A DNA stretch of 63,368 nucleotides, filler included, from Aduncisulcus paluster (lineage: Eukaryota), in assembly GCA_024181965.1 (NCBI GenBank). It is 6 parts of 6 records of this genome, joined end to end, with 100 filler letters (N's around TTAATTAATTAA, not from the genome) between each part and the next. Parts side by side here need not be neighbours in the genome. Positions count along the whole stretch, not along the records: positions 48,588 to 58,511 come from BQXS01009993.1; positions 58,612 to 63,368 come from BQXS01010006.1; 4 more parts are not named here. One strand, given 5' to 3'. This document shows positions 52,460-63,368 of this stretch, one piece after another; the stretch's first letter is position 1, and every line of letters starts with the position of its first letter. The notes beneath the pieces are model-generated. The model saw only the letters and a program-made list of their open reading frames with translations, did not search any database and had not been told where the DNA came from. A program made the position numbers and the translations under genes.

Positions 52460-54943
52460 ATGGAGGATATAGTACACACCCAAGTTATTGCCTTACAAGC
52501 GGCAATTGCTCAAAAAGAAAGTGAAAAACTCCAAGAGGAGCAGCAACACTTCATGTCCGAAGAGGCCAAGCGGGTTGCCGCTGATAGAGATGCTGCTGCC
52601 GCCGAAGAAGAGAATTATATCAAAAAACAAGGTGATGAATATTCCAGAATTGTTGAAAAACAAGTCCAACAAGAACTCAATGCTCTCCATCTTCAAGAGT
52701 CCCTTGAGATGGAAATGCAGAAGGCTAAATTAGAAGAAGAAATCGAAGAAATTTTCCAACATTCATCACAGATCCAAAAGTTGATATCAAGACGTCATAG
52801 TGTACAAAATGCTTGGAAAACTGTTGCTAGCGCCCGTGCTGTCGATAAACTTGCTAAGACAATGCCAACTGGCGAAGCTAGACGTTTGCTTCGTGTTTCA
52901 TCATCGCCTGCCACTATTACTCCACCTCAATTAATTTTAGTGATGACTGTCGATCTTGGGGAGGGTAAGAGTGCTTATATCAATGTATATGATGGGGATA
53001 ATCCTCATTCGTTGGCTCTTTTATTTGTTAAAGAACATGGCTTAATGGATGAAGTGATTGAGCCTTTGACTCAGTGTTTAATTGAGAGGATCGATGAAGT
53101 AGAGCAAGAAATGGGAATTGAAAAGAAAAAGACAAGCCCTACGCCTCGTGAAGACAAAAAAATGAGCAAGAAAGCTCGTATTAAACAACTCCAACGTACT
53201 CTTGACCGTTTATCTACCCCCAGATCTCTCTCGAATCCGTCTCACATCCATTCAAAGAATCCAACTGATTTCACAAGTCCTACATACAAACCTGCCAGTC
53301 CTCTCCACCGTTCCTCTTTTAGAAGTGAGCAAGAAATGGGAATTGAAAAGAAAAAGACAAGCCCTACGCCTCGTGAAGACAAAAAAATGAGCAAGAAAGC
53401 TCGTATTAAACAACTCCAACGTACTCTTGACCGTTTATCTACCCCCAGATCTCTCTCGAATCCGTCTCACATCCATTCAAAGAATCCAACTGATTTCACA
53501 AGTCCTACATACAAACCTGCCAGTCCTCTCCACCGTTCCTCTTTTAGAAGTGAGAAGAAACGTGCCGAATACTTTGCAAAGCTCTCGTGTTCAAGCAATG
53601 CTCAAAGACAACGTCGCGCAAGAGAGATGCGTTTGGCCGCTCTTGAGGAAGAAAATAACAACCCTTTTAGCCCCAAACTTATTTCAAAGGAGAAAAAGGG
53701 CTCTCCAGATACTCCTCATGCTACTACCACTCTGAACGCATTCAATAGGCTGTATACACAGGCCACACAGCAACGTGAGAGGCATCTGAAGGCTGTGACG
53801 GCCGCTATCGAAGCTGAAAAGGCCCTGATGGTTGCTCCATCCCTCTCTGCAAAAACTGTTGAGCTTGCTGGAAAACGTAAGCACGAAGAAGACATTGGAA
53901 AGCGTTTATACAAGGAAGGAATGAAACGATTGGTGGAAAAACGTGCTGAAATTGAAAAAGAAAAAGAAGAGAGACAGAGTATAGAGGCCGGCTACTCATT
54001 TTCCCCTTCCATCTCTTCTGCCGCCAAAAAGCTCAAATATCAAGAATCCGTCGTGAAAAGAATGGAGGAGCGTGTGATTGCTCGTGAAAAAGAACAAGAA
54101 CAGGCCCGTGAAGCTGCTCAAACGGAGAAATTGAAAGATTGTACATTTAGACCCAAATTGGAGACTTCTTCTGTCACCAAACAAGTTTCCAAAAGACGTG
54201 AATCCCAACGCCGTCAACGCAGGGTCAACGTGTTTGATTTATTGACTGAAGATGCTAAACGTAGGATGGAACGCACGAATGAATATCACACATGGTTCCC
54301 CAAAGACTGTACTTTCTCTCCCGACATAAAGGCCTCCCAGGAAGCCAAAGAAGCCAAGCTTGAGACTGTAGAAGATCGTCTCCAAAGGCTCAGCAGTGAA
54401 CGTCTGCGTCGTGAGGCTGAGCTTGAGGCCAAACGCCTAGCCATTGTGAAGGAAGAAGAGGAGGAGCTCCGTCGTTCTATGGTCAAGCCTTGCCCTGCTT
54501 CGGAAGAGATTGTGTCAAGAATGTCAACCAGACGTCCCTCTGATTTGTCAGCCACCGATATTCTATATTTGACAAAAGGAGAACATGATGAGAGTATCCA
54601 GAGACTTGTGGCCGAAGAAGAAAACAAGGCCCTACTTCTCAGTTCTGTTATACATACATCTGAGAAGTCTGATGGTATTGTGAAAGGTTTCAGACGGAGG
54701 CAGCTCGCTCTGCTGTTTGAACTGATCGATGACGATGAGGATGGTGTCATTATTCCAACTCAGACAAATATATCGATTATCGAGGATGAATTAGCAAGGA
54801 AGGATGTCGAGGGACTGTTTGGTCTTGTGGGTACGAGGCCTTTGAGTGTATTCGAGTTTGTTGCTTTGATGGAGGAATTTATTATCACTCATCCAACTGG
54901 GCCTCGCTTGTATTTGGTTCCAAGAGGAACTGTGATGAAATAG
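52460..54943 (+). CDS. Coiled-coil repeat protein with C-terminal EF-hand-like motif
   Basis: Recurrent (C/Y)(T/S)FxP and RLY motifs; LFELIDDDEDGVI; first ATG at 52460. Confidence 0.8.
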   Translation: MEDIVHTQVIALQAAIAQKESEKLQEEQQHFMSEEAKRVAADRDAAAAEEENYIKKQGDEYSRIVEKQVQQELNALHLQESLEMEMQKAKLEEEIEEIFQHSSQIQKLISRRHSVQNAWKTVASARAVDKLAKTMPTGEARRLLRVSSSPATITPPQLILVMTVDLGEGKSAYINVYDGDNPHSLALLFVKEHGLMDEVIEPLTQCLIERIDEVEQEMGIEKKKTSPTPREDKKMSKKARIKQLQRTLDRLSTPRSLSNPSHIHSKNPTDFTSPTYKPASPLHRSSFRSEQEMGIEKKKTSPTPREDKKMSKKARIKQLQRTLDRLSTPRSLSNPSHIHSKNPTDFTSPTYKPASPLHRSSFRSEKKRAEYFAKLSCSSNAQRQRRAREMRLAALEEENNNPFSPKLISKEKKGSPDTPHATTTLNAFNRLYTQATQQRERHLKAVTAAIEAEKALMVAPSLSAKTVELAGKRKHEEDIGKRLYKEGMKRLVEKRAEIEKEKEERQSIEAGYSFSPSISSAAKKLKYQESVVKRMEERVIAREKEQEQAREAAQTEKLKDCTFRPKLETSSVTKQVSKRRESQRRQRRVNVFDLLTEDAKRRMERTNEYHTWFPKDCTFSPDIKASQEAKEAKLETVEDRLQRLSSERLRREAELEAKRLAIVKEEEEELRRSMVKPCPASEEIVSRMSTRRPSDLSATDILYLTKGEHDESIQRLVAEEENKALLLSSVIHTSEKSDGIVKGFRRRQLALLFELIDDDEDGVIIPTQTNISIIEDELARKDVEGLFGLVGTRPLSVFEFVALMEEFIITHPTGPRLYLVPRGTVMK
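53102..53554. repeat. 225-bp in-frame tandem duplication
   Basis: 53102-53326 is repeated at 53327-53551 with no differences seen. Confidence 0.92.
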
Positions 54944-55453
54944 ATGGCAAATATGTTGTAAATTTATTCTAATTTGTAAGCTGTGTGGAATTGCTTGTAT
55001 TTTTGTAGTTTAGTGATACATTATTTTTTTATTATTCCGTTTTCAAGAGATTATTTCTTGGTCCATTAAAAAAAAGAAAGAAAGAAAAAAGAAAAAAGAA
55101 AGAAAGTCTGATTAAATTGTTGGCTTGAGTTTGAATAAATAAGCTCATTTGATTTCAAGAACTTTTGATTTCTCCGAGAAATCGAGAAACATTGTCATTA
55201 CTGACTTTGGATATATTATTGATAAAAAAAGAAATTAAACCAGTTTTAAGGGAATAAATGACAGTTCTTTCTTTAATACAAAAGTTAATAAGAAAACAGC
55301 TCTGGGGGGTAATATAATGCACAGAATAATATAAAGAAATTAGAAATGGATAACCAATTCCCTTTTATTTTCCATTAAAGAAACTTTGTCTTAATCGAAT
55401 TGTAAATTAACTCCTGACAAAACTCCTGGCATTTTCCCTGGCATAAAAAAAAA

Positions 55454-58400
55454 ATGGAAGAATTCAAAGGCCTTCCGATAGCCTTTGATTCCTTTTTTCT
55501 TTCTGGATCTGTCTCATATTTGTTTCTTTCACACTATTCTATTAATTTATTTTCAAAAATTTCTTATAAGGTTTTAAAGACTGCTGTAATATTTTGTTTG
55601 CGACCTGTAGCTAAAGCATTAAAGAAATGGCATGATATTTATCCAATTATATTGAAACCAAACGAAACTGTTGAATTCTCGGCCTCAATTCGATCCGAAG
55701 ATGGAATCCCGCGAGTATCGAAGTCTCCAAGATCCCATAATCCATCTATTACTTATAATGTTTCTGCAATACCCTGTACACATTCACCGGGATCATGTGC
55801 TTTTATTTTTAGAAAGAGTTCGTCTCCTAAGGTTCTTGTATTCACTGGGGCGTTCTTAGATGAGCCCTCTGGAATCGTTAAGGCAAATTCAAGGGCAAAT
55901 TCGCGTCGTAAGCGGAGTGGAATTGCTGACGACTACGAGCATTACGGTGGATCCAAATATTCCGTCTCCGCCCTCTCGCAAGAGATTCCTCTATTTCTAA
56001 ATGCTAATTATTTTAGGTGTTCCTGTTTAATTACGGATTCATCATATACAAAGAAACGAATCAGTGCTGATTTACCTACACGTGAAGCTGTGAGTCGTCT
56101 GGTTGTTAGGACCATTTCTGGAGTGATTACAAAGAATATTTTAATCCCTCCAGCACCCAAATCGGGCGATTCAAAGGTATCTCGAAAGCCACAGTTTCTT
56201 CTCCGAATAGCTCTTCCCGCCCTTGGTTGTGAATCATTTGTTCAACAATTGAGTGAATCTTTGTCGGTAAAATTAATTGTTAGTGATCGTAGATACTTGT
56301 TATTGTCCGTATTATCCCCTCAAACGCTTCCCTATGTCTGTGTTGATCCAGATGCCTCCGCTGTCGTTCCTGCTAAGCCTGGCATTGAAAACGTTCGGAT
56401 ATATCTTTTAGATACCCCAAGTCAAGCTCATTTGAGGTTTATTACAGACCCCTTGAAAGGGAATACCTTGCCATCGATGTCTCTTATGCAAAAACATCTT
56501 ATTTCTCACTGCGCCAAAAATATCCAAACTTTATCGTTATCAGTGTCTGCTCCACCCAGATCTCCCCATTTAGCACCACAAAAGAAGAAATCTAAGGCCT
56601 TTCAAGTGTTCTACCCGTTTCATCCTTCTGCCTTATCATTACGTGAACTTGCCAGCAAACTGTTGCCTGAAGAAGTAAGGAATATTTCTGCTCCAGTGTT
56701 TCCAAGAGACATGTTTGAACTTTACTTGCAATCTAAATCCCGTCCAAACTCTGGATTGTCTCATTCAGGGTCAAGAAAAGCCCTCACAGCCCGTTCGTCC
56801 TCCTCCTCAACAGAAAGACGAGAGAGTTTGTCTGGCACTGCTATATCTGGAACCCTGTCTTCTACATCTGCGGACAATCCTGCTGCTATGTTGTCACAAT
56901 CTGCTTCTGTAAGTATCCACCATACGACAGAGCTTGATGATATTTCTCAGTGGCCTGGAGCAGAGGGTGATGGAATTCCTGTTCCACGATTGGGTTCTAC
57001 AATGATCCCTCAGGATATTCACTCAAGCACGGGAAGCACTTCAGCATCTTCTTCTTCTTCTTCTTCTTCGGCAACGGTGGGTGTTCCTCCTCTTCCAATA
57101 ATGGGGACAAGTTCAAGTTCTCCAGGGTTGCCTCGAGCAAGTTCCGGCTCTAAGAAGTTTAAAAACGTGATAAATATTATGAAATTAAGACGTGGCAGTG
57201 CATCCTTTTTAAGTGGTTCTGATACTTCTCGTACGAAATACAAAGACATTTCTGGTCTCATATTGGAGAATTTAGACAACAGAGAGAGACGTGAGAGAGG
57301 TGAGAGTGTAGTTGATAAGGATGAGCTTGAAGAAGAAGAGGAATTACAGGCAGCTGAAGATAAAAGAAGACAACAGGAAGAAGAGGAACAACGAGAAGAA
57401 GAGGAAGAGGTGAAAGAAGAAGAGGAAAGGAAAAGGTTGGAAGAAAGAGAGATACTACTGGAAAGAGAGAAAGAGAAAGAGAAAGAAAAAGAGAAAGAAA
57501 AGGAAGAAGGAAAGGAAGAAGGAAAGGAAGAAGGAAAAGAAGAGAGAGAGAAAGGAGAAAATATTCCCAAAGAACAAGAGAGAAAAGAAGAGAAAAATAA
57601 GAAAATAGTTAACATTAAAGGTGAAACGGAACACAAGGATACGAGAACAAAGAAGCAGATGAAAGAACAGATTGAAGCGATGGAAGATGGTGTTCCTTAT
57701 GGGTTTAAACAACAATCTATTAAAGATCTAAAATATGGAGAGAAGAGAAGTTCATCAATTGAAATAAGGAGAAGAAGAAGAAGAAGAAGAAGAGGAGGAG
57801 GAAGAGGAGAAACAGAAACAGAAACAGCAAGAAGAAAAAGAGGAAAAGGAAGAAGAAGAGGATGAAGAAGAGAAAGAAAAGATAAGATTAGAAAACGAAC
57901 GTAAAGCAAGAGAAGCGAGAAGAAGAGAAGAGAAGAGAGGAAGAGAGGAGAATAACTCGACAGCAAGAAGAGAGAAGGAGAAAGGAGGAAGAATTGGCTC
58001 GGAAACGAAGGATTGAAGAAGAAGCTCAAATGCGGAGAGATGAAGAAGAAGCGAGAAGGAGGAGACAAGAACTCGAAGAAGCAAGAAAAAAGGCAGAAAT
58101 GGAAGAAAAACTAGAGTTCTTTCGCAAAATGCAACGAGAAGAAGAGGAAGAGAGAAGGAAAGAGCACCATCGAAAGCTTTTGGAAGAGCAAGAAAGGAAG
58201 AAGAAAGAGAGAGAAGAGAAGAGAAAGGAAGAGAAACGTCAGCAAGAAGCGAAAAGAGCTAGAAAAGCATTGCTAGAAAGATTATATAAGTCTGAGGCTG
58301 AGGATAGGAAACGAAAGGAAGAAGAGGCTGCTCGAAAAAAGAGAGAGAAAGAGAGAGAGAAAGAGGAAAGGAGGAAAAGAATAGCAGAAATGAAGAAGAG

Positions 58401-58511
58401 AATTGAAGAAGAGAAGAGAGAGAGAGAAGAGAGGAGAGAGAAGAAAAGAAAACAGCGTTCAGAAAAAGAAAAGATAGAAAGGCGCCGCAAACGCCTGTCT
58501 AACTTGATCCA
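55454..58511 (+). CDS. Degenerate SNM1/Apollo/Artemis-like MBL beta-CASP protein with long E/K/R tail; two apparent frameshifts; 3' truncated
   Basis: IAFDSF, FLSHY, PCTHSPGS.AFIF, VFTGAF, ITDSSY, LGCES and YPFHPS..L.EL...L.P follow the DCLRE1 motif order. The charged tail continues in shifted frames after about 57770 and 57925. Confidence 0.7.
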
Positions 58512-58611
58512 NNNNNNNNNNNNNNNNNNNNNNNNNNNNNNNNNNNNNNNNNNNNTTAATTAATTAANNNNNNNNNNNNNNNNNNNNNNNNNNNNNNNNN
58601 NNNNNNNNNNN
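58512..58611. other. Artificial scaffold spacer
   Basis: N44-TTAATTAATTAA-N44. Confidence 0.98.
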
Positions 58612-61600
58612 GTTGAATTCATTGAAATTCCCTTTGTTTCCTCACTTCCCATCCCTCTTTTTACTCCTGCCAATCCTCCCAGCGGTCTTTCTTCTTTGTT
58701 CCCTTCTTTATCTATCACTTCAATCCCACAATCAGAACTTCCTTCAATTCTATTTTTAGAGGTGTTTCTTCCTCTTTTGTGTCACACTGAAAAGCTTGAA
58801 ATCAGTCACCGATCGAGTTCATGGGAATGGAACATGTGTCTCCGAGCCATATCTATTTGTGGAAATGGTTATATTCTTCCGAACAACCATACGTCTATTT
58901 TTAGAACTCCCAGAATGGGTTATGCTTCCGATAACCTTCTCGATTCCTTTTCCTCAGCAAGATCTACTTCTTCTGCTATCCCACCTTTTCTCGATGATGA
59001 TGAATCAGGGTATTTTGATTCTCCATTCATTCGACCTGAGTTATCTACCTCCAGTGTTCCTAATTTGACTGATTATTTCTTCCTTCATCCATCTTCTTCA
59101 ACTGACATTGCAAAGAGCAGTATGATGTCAAAGGCTATGGATCCACACTATTTATCCTCTGCTTCTTCTGGTGGTAGTTATCGTGAGTGTTTTCCTTCTG
59201 TTTACTATCATAGTATTCAGCCTCGTGGACCCACATTGAAATCTCTCAAGATATATGGAATTACTGACTTTGAAGCCTTAACATTATCGACCACTCTGCA
59301 TCACTCTTCCTTCCCAACTCTTTCTCAGTTCATTATATCTCCTCTATCATCCTTTTCTCTGCATGCTCACTTGGGGCTTCGTCTGGCCTTATCGAATATT
59401 CCTTCATTGGCCATCAATGAAGGTTCTGGATCTCCTCTCTTGGAGGATGAAGAAGGAGATGGTAAGGAGCCTCGGCATGGTGCAGCTTCTTCAGATGATG
59501 GTAATAATGCTTCATTCTCAACTTCAGCACCTCCATCGGTGGTATCAAGTTCATCAATCTATTCTCCTGGCAACACTGGTAGGATTGAAGGAGTGATGAC
59601 TTCTCACTCACTCAATTTAACTCTTTCTTCCCCTGCTCTATTCTCATTGTTTACTCTTGCTTCCCTTGATGAAAGTGCGAAGATCTCATTCATTGAGAGT
59701 GTGGCAAAAGGTGGTTGGAACAGTGTGAGGGTGGCTAGTATGAGAGGTTTGGGAGTTTCTGATTCTGACCTTCCCATAATCCTTCAATGTTTGACTAAAC
59801 TCCATAAACTCGAAGTCTTTGACATTATTGACAATAATCTTTCATACACTGGGATATGTCAACTATGCACAGTTCTTGTTAGACTGCCTTATCTCACACA
59901 CCTTCATTTATCTGTTGATCAAGTTGAACCTGAACGGGTTAGAGATGTTCACAGGATGCTGTATTTCTCATTGAGACGAATGGAAAGACTTGTTCATGTC
60001 AGTGGGGTTTGTGTTGGAGTGTGGAATGGGGTTGAAAGGGATTGGGAATTGGCAGAGAAGACTTGGGGAAACCCACAATCGGTCATACATCAATATACTC
60101 CCAACTCTGAAGATAGGGATTCAAAAGCTTCAAAGGAAACACAAACATCTTCCACACAAGCTCCTTCTGCTTCTTCCTCCTCATCCTCTTCTTCCTCATC
60201 AATTTGGTGGGCCAGGGATGAAAGGCGGTATTTACTTCCCTTGTCCCAACTAATATTGAATGAAATGACTAAACACGATAGATATCGGAGTCATCAATCA
60301 TCCCACAATAACAAACGTCATAGATCAACATCTCTCAGTTCTTTGAGTCTTAGGAGAAACAGGAATAGAAAGAGATCATCGTCTTCTCTTGGTTCAATTG
60401 TTGCTAAACAGTATTCCTCAGTTTCATCTGTAACAATCACTCATTCTCGAATGGCATGTCTCACTGCTCTTCATACATCTTTGTTACTCTCTTCTTTCTC
60501 ACCATCACATCTATCTTTATCATCACTTTCTCAAGATGATCTAAAAATAGTGTGTTCAGTCTGTGGATTGATAGGAGAAGGTTTGGATCGTGAGGAGGAG
60601 ATTGTTCCATCATCTCGATGCGGTGTTTCGAAGAGAGATATTACTCTCGAATCCCCTTCAGTGTTTAAAATGATTGAACAACGGAGAATAGAGAGGAGTA
60701 AGCAATTCCGTGTTCCTTGTGCTTCAATTGAGCTGTATAAAAATGAGTTTGGAACTCAGGGAATGGAATTTGTATGTGATATGTTGCTCAGACTTCGGCA
60801 CACTCTCAAACATTTGCACATTACTCACAGTAATATAAATGCAAAACAACTCGACACATTGTCAAAGGTTATCCCATTCCTCATTAAACCTTCTCACAGT
60901 TCTATTTATAGATATTATCCTACCTCTCATCTTCATTCTTGCCCTCGTTCCTTCCCACGTGATGAGACCGATTGTACGATCTCTAATGTTTCTCTAACCC
61001 ATTTCACTTTGCAAGGGGTTTTCCAAGATAAAAAAGATGTCACCATTCGACTATCCAAGGCTTTATCGTTCTCTCCTGAAGGCAGAAATCGATTACAATT
61101 CCTTGAAATATCGGACAATTGGTTTTCACAAGAGAGTTTTGATTCATTATTTATGCAAGAAAAATGTCAAAGTGAAAGAGGAGATGATGAAGAAAGCAGA
61201 AAAGATAATCAATTGGTCCCTGTATTTCCCTCCCTCCGAACACTCTCTCTTCCCTCGTCAATGTTTATTGAGAAGATGTGTCCTCTCTCTGTTAGTGCTC
61301 TGGGTTCCTATCTATTATCTCTCCATGTGCTGGATCTCTCAGATAATTGTCTCAAGAAGTCTGGGAGTAGATTATTCTGTGATGCTGTTCTGCATGCTGT
61401 TGAAATGATATCTAACCTAAATCTAGAGGAAAAGCAAAGACAAAGTCAAATGGAACTCACTGAAAGTGAGGGGGGAGAGAAAGGACATCTTGTCTTGCAA
61501 CAAAAGGAAATTGGTGGTCATCATCCCATTTCGACCCTCATTTGTTCTTCTTCTTCCTTCTCTGACTCTGCGATGTTCCGTTTTCTTCCTCTACGCCTTC

Positions 61601-62091
61601 TCCGGTTAGAAAAATGTAAAATTGGAGTGAATTCTATCACAATTATCGGTGATATTATTCACAATTTCCATTATCTGCAAGAAATTAGGCTGAGTGGAAA
61701 TAATATTAAACAGGCTTGCGTCGCTTTTGTCAAAAAAGTATGCCAGTCAAATATTATTCTTAAAAAGGGAAGGAAAGATACCAACCAAATTGAAGCTTTA
61801 GTTGATCAAGAACGTGATAAAACATTTCCTTTTGAAGAAACTTCTGAATTTGAATGCTATGATTTGCCCTATTTGCATACGTTAGACTTGTCTTTTAACA
61901 AGCTTTCCATCGAATCTACCCATGAATGTGTCAGGGAAATATTTTCAAGGAACAAGAAGGGGGAACATTCTACCAACAATATATATATACCAATGTTTAT
62001 TTTGTTGGGAGAAGAGGCCATTGAAGAAAAGTATTGTAAGCTTGGTTGTCTACAATGGACAAATCGAATTGTGAAATGGGTTACAAAATGA
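58612..62091 (+). CDS. RNI-like leucine-rich repeat protein, 5' truncated
   Basis: Frame is open from the scaffold edge; LHVLDLSDNCL, LQEIRLSGNNI, LHTLDLSFNKL separated by Ser-rich inserts. Confidence 0.85.
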   Translation, partial: VEFIEIPFVSSLPIPLFTPANPPSGLSSLFPSLSITSIPQSELPSILFLEVFLPLLCHTEKLEISHRSSSWEWNMCLRAISICGNGYILPNNHTSIFRTPRMGYASDNLLDSFSSARSTSSAIPPFLDDDESGYFDSPFIRPELSTSSVPNLTDYFFLHPSSSTDIAKSSMMSKAMDPHYLSSASSGGSYRECFPSVYYHSIQPRGPTLKSLKIYGITDFEALTLSTTLHHSSFPTLSQFIISPLSSFSLHAHLGLRLALSNIPSLAINEGSGSPLLEDEEGDGKEPRHGAASSDDGNNASFSTSAPPSVVSSSSIYSPGNTGRIEGVMTSHSLNLTLSSPALFSLFTLASLDESAKISFIESVAKGGWNSVRVASMRGLGVSDSDLPIILQCLTKLHKLEVFDIIDNNLSYTGICQLCTVLVRLPYLTHLHLSVDQVEPERVRDVHRMLYFSLRRMERLVHVSGVCVGVWNGVERDWELAEKTWGNPQSVIHQYTPNSEDRDSKASKETQTSSTQAPSASSSSSSSSSSIWWARDERRYLLPLSQLILNEMTKHDRYRSHQSSHNNKRHRSTSLSSLSLRRNRNRKRSSSSLGSIVAKQYSSVSSVTITHSRMACLTALHTSLLLSSFSPSHLSLSSLSQDDLKIVCSVCGLIGEGLDREEEIVPSSRCGVSKRDITLESPSVFKMIEQRRIERSKQFRVPCASIELYKNEFGTQGMEFVCDMLLRLRHTLKHLHITHSNINAKQLDTLSKVIPFLIKPSHSSIYRYYPTSHLHSCPRSFPRDETDCTISNVSLTHFTLQGVFQDKKDVTIRLSKALSFSPEGRNRLQFLEISDNWFSQESFDSLFMQEKCQSERGDDEESRKDNQLVPVFPSLRTLSLPSSMFIEKMCPLSVSALGSYLLSLHVLDLSDNCLKKSGSRLFCDAVLHAVEMISNLNLEEKQRQSQMELTESEGGEKGHLVLQQKEIGGHHPISTLICSSSSFSDSAMFRFLPLRLLRLEKCKIGVNSITIIGDIIHNFHYLQEIRLSGNNIKQACVAFVKKVCQSNIILKKGRKDTNQIEALVDQERDKTFPFEETSEFECYDLPYLHTLDLSFNKLSIESTHECVREIFSRNKKGEHSTNNIYIPMFILLGEEAIEEKYCKLGCLQWTNRIVKWVTK

Positions 62092-62766
62092 GCTTGAATT
62101 TTATTTTAGAGTTTGTTAGAACGTTAAAAAATAGATGGAATAATAGTTCTTAATAATATTATGTCTTTTATTTTCCATCTTATATCTTTTTATGATTTTT
62201 TTATATTATTTTTTTCTTTTTCCTTACTTAATTATTGCTATGATTCACGTTTATTTAAATTTATCCCTTATTTATTGCCATATGTGCTTTCCTTCTCGGA
62301 TATTTGACTGTACTCACTACAAATTGTTGGTACGACAACACTGTTAGCTGGCAGCTTCTGGTAATTTTATTTTATCCTATTCTTCGCTCGTTCTCTTATG
62401 TTATCTCCTTCTATTTTCACAATTTTGAATTACTCTAATAATAATTTTTCGTTAATTTTATGGAACATCGACTAATGTTTCAGTGTCACTGCCAGGCTGG
62501 TTGCCAGTAGTGCTTCAGAAAACCTCAATTAATTCATGGTATGTTATCTTAAAAAATAAATAAATCACATTTTTTGAAGCTTTATCCTGCTTTTTTAAAG
62601 GTATTATTTCATACTAGCTCTTGAGGAAGTCATTGAATGAGCAGGTTTATTTATAGGACGTAACAGGTTCTCGCTAAATTTTTAAACACTAGGATTTTAC
62701 GATAAATTGTTTCAGTAAAATTGGGTTTAATTTGCGAGATTTTTGGGTGTTTTTTGGCTGAAAGAA

Positions 62767-63240
62767 CTAAAAGCTTAGGCGACTACCCTTGCTCTTTGGT
62801 TCTTTCTTTTGGATTAAATTCCAGCTGTAAGACGATACACAAGTCGCTTCTCTTATACACAGGCCTCTTCCAAGCCCACATAGAAGGGTAGATGCCCATC
62901 TACGTGATCTCTCTTCTCTGGTTCGGCCAGGTACCATGAAATCGGTTCCATTCCTCCGTACATGCTCAATAAACTCCCAAGCTTTCTCTCCAATGGCTCC
63001 AATTGTTGTCAAGGCGAAGGGTATCAAAAGATAGGGTTGGTGCTTTTTAGCACAGCCTGTGTCAACAATATTGGCAAAAGGGTCTTGAGCGTAGCTCGTT
63101 TCTGAACTATCGTCCTGCTTCTCAGTACCGGAAGCAGATTGAGGGCTTGAGGGGCGTTGGGAGGGGTTGGGGGGGATCATAGAAGGGGACTCGTTGACAG
63201 AATCAGGAATCTGTGTCTCTTGGGATATACATGAGCCCCT
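62767..63240 (-). pseudogene. Possible 3' fragment of an RLE-type non-LTR retrotransposon ORF
   Basis: KKHQPYLLIPFALTTIGAIGEKAWEFI resembles the C-terminus of restriction-like endonuclease domains; no RT upstream. Confidence 0.45.
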
Positions 63241-63368
63241 TACGCAAGATGAAAGGTTCGAAAATGGAGGAACATTCATTCCTCCAGGTTGTGAAATAGC
63301 TAAACCTTCATCATCAACAACATCAAAAATTTCTGGTAGTCATTCAATTATATCCCGTTTTGTTAGCA

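Noticed and set aside
57762-57767. AAA-TAA as a Euplotes-type +1 frameshift signal
   Set aside because: It is not in the frame being translated by the upstream ORF.
12250-58567. Repeated TTAATTAATTAA palindrome (five copies)
   Set aside because: Always centred in 44+44 Ns; a synthetic six-frame-stop linker. Gene adjacency across it is meaningless.
1-63368. CRISPR arrays, rRNA, tRNA and prokaryotic operons
   Set aside because: No regularly spaced repeat-spacer array, rRNA signature or canonical tRNA cloverleaf with T and D motifs was seen; gene content is eukaryotic.

Overview
Eukaryotic, AT-rich, intron-poor protist DNA using the standard code (TAA, TAG and TGA all end genes). The style suggests a flagellated metamonad or fornicate such as a Carpediemonas-like organism (inference). 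The window is six separate scaffolds joined by artificial 100-nt spacers (N44-TTAATTAATTAA-N44), plus four 20-N gaps flanked by duplicated overlaps. Scaffold 1 (1-12205) is a nested transposon patchwork: four Ty3/gypsy Gag paralogs, one near-complete gag-pol, three hAT transposase copies, a Harbinger/IS5-like fragment, and a family of very short (about 63-97 bp) TG...CA LTRs with no visible tRNA primer-binding site. One of these LTRs is a solo LTR with a perfect 5-bp target duplication. The other scaffolds hold host genes: two paralogous kinases, a signal-peptide class I PDE, DRC3, Vps34, a TFIIB/Rrn7-type zinc-ribbon protein, a cap-methyltransferase-like protein, a BPI/LBP protein, an alpha2delta/CACHD1-like protein enclosed by inverted intron-containing ubiquitin-S27a genes, a nucleoplasmin-FKBP, frataxin, CDC14, a degenerate SNM1/Apollo-like protein and an LRR protein. 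Best leads are the mini-LTR/PBS-less retroelements, an in-frame gag-pol/hAT chimera, a multi-hairpin Sm-site RNA candidate (about 40190-40310), the inverted RPS27a cassette and several candidate pseudoenzymes. All family calls are from motif recognition by eye; no database searches were run.
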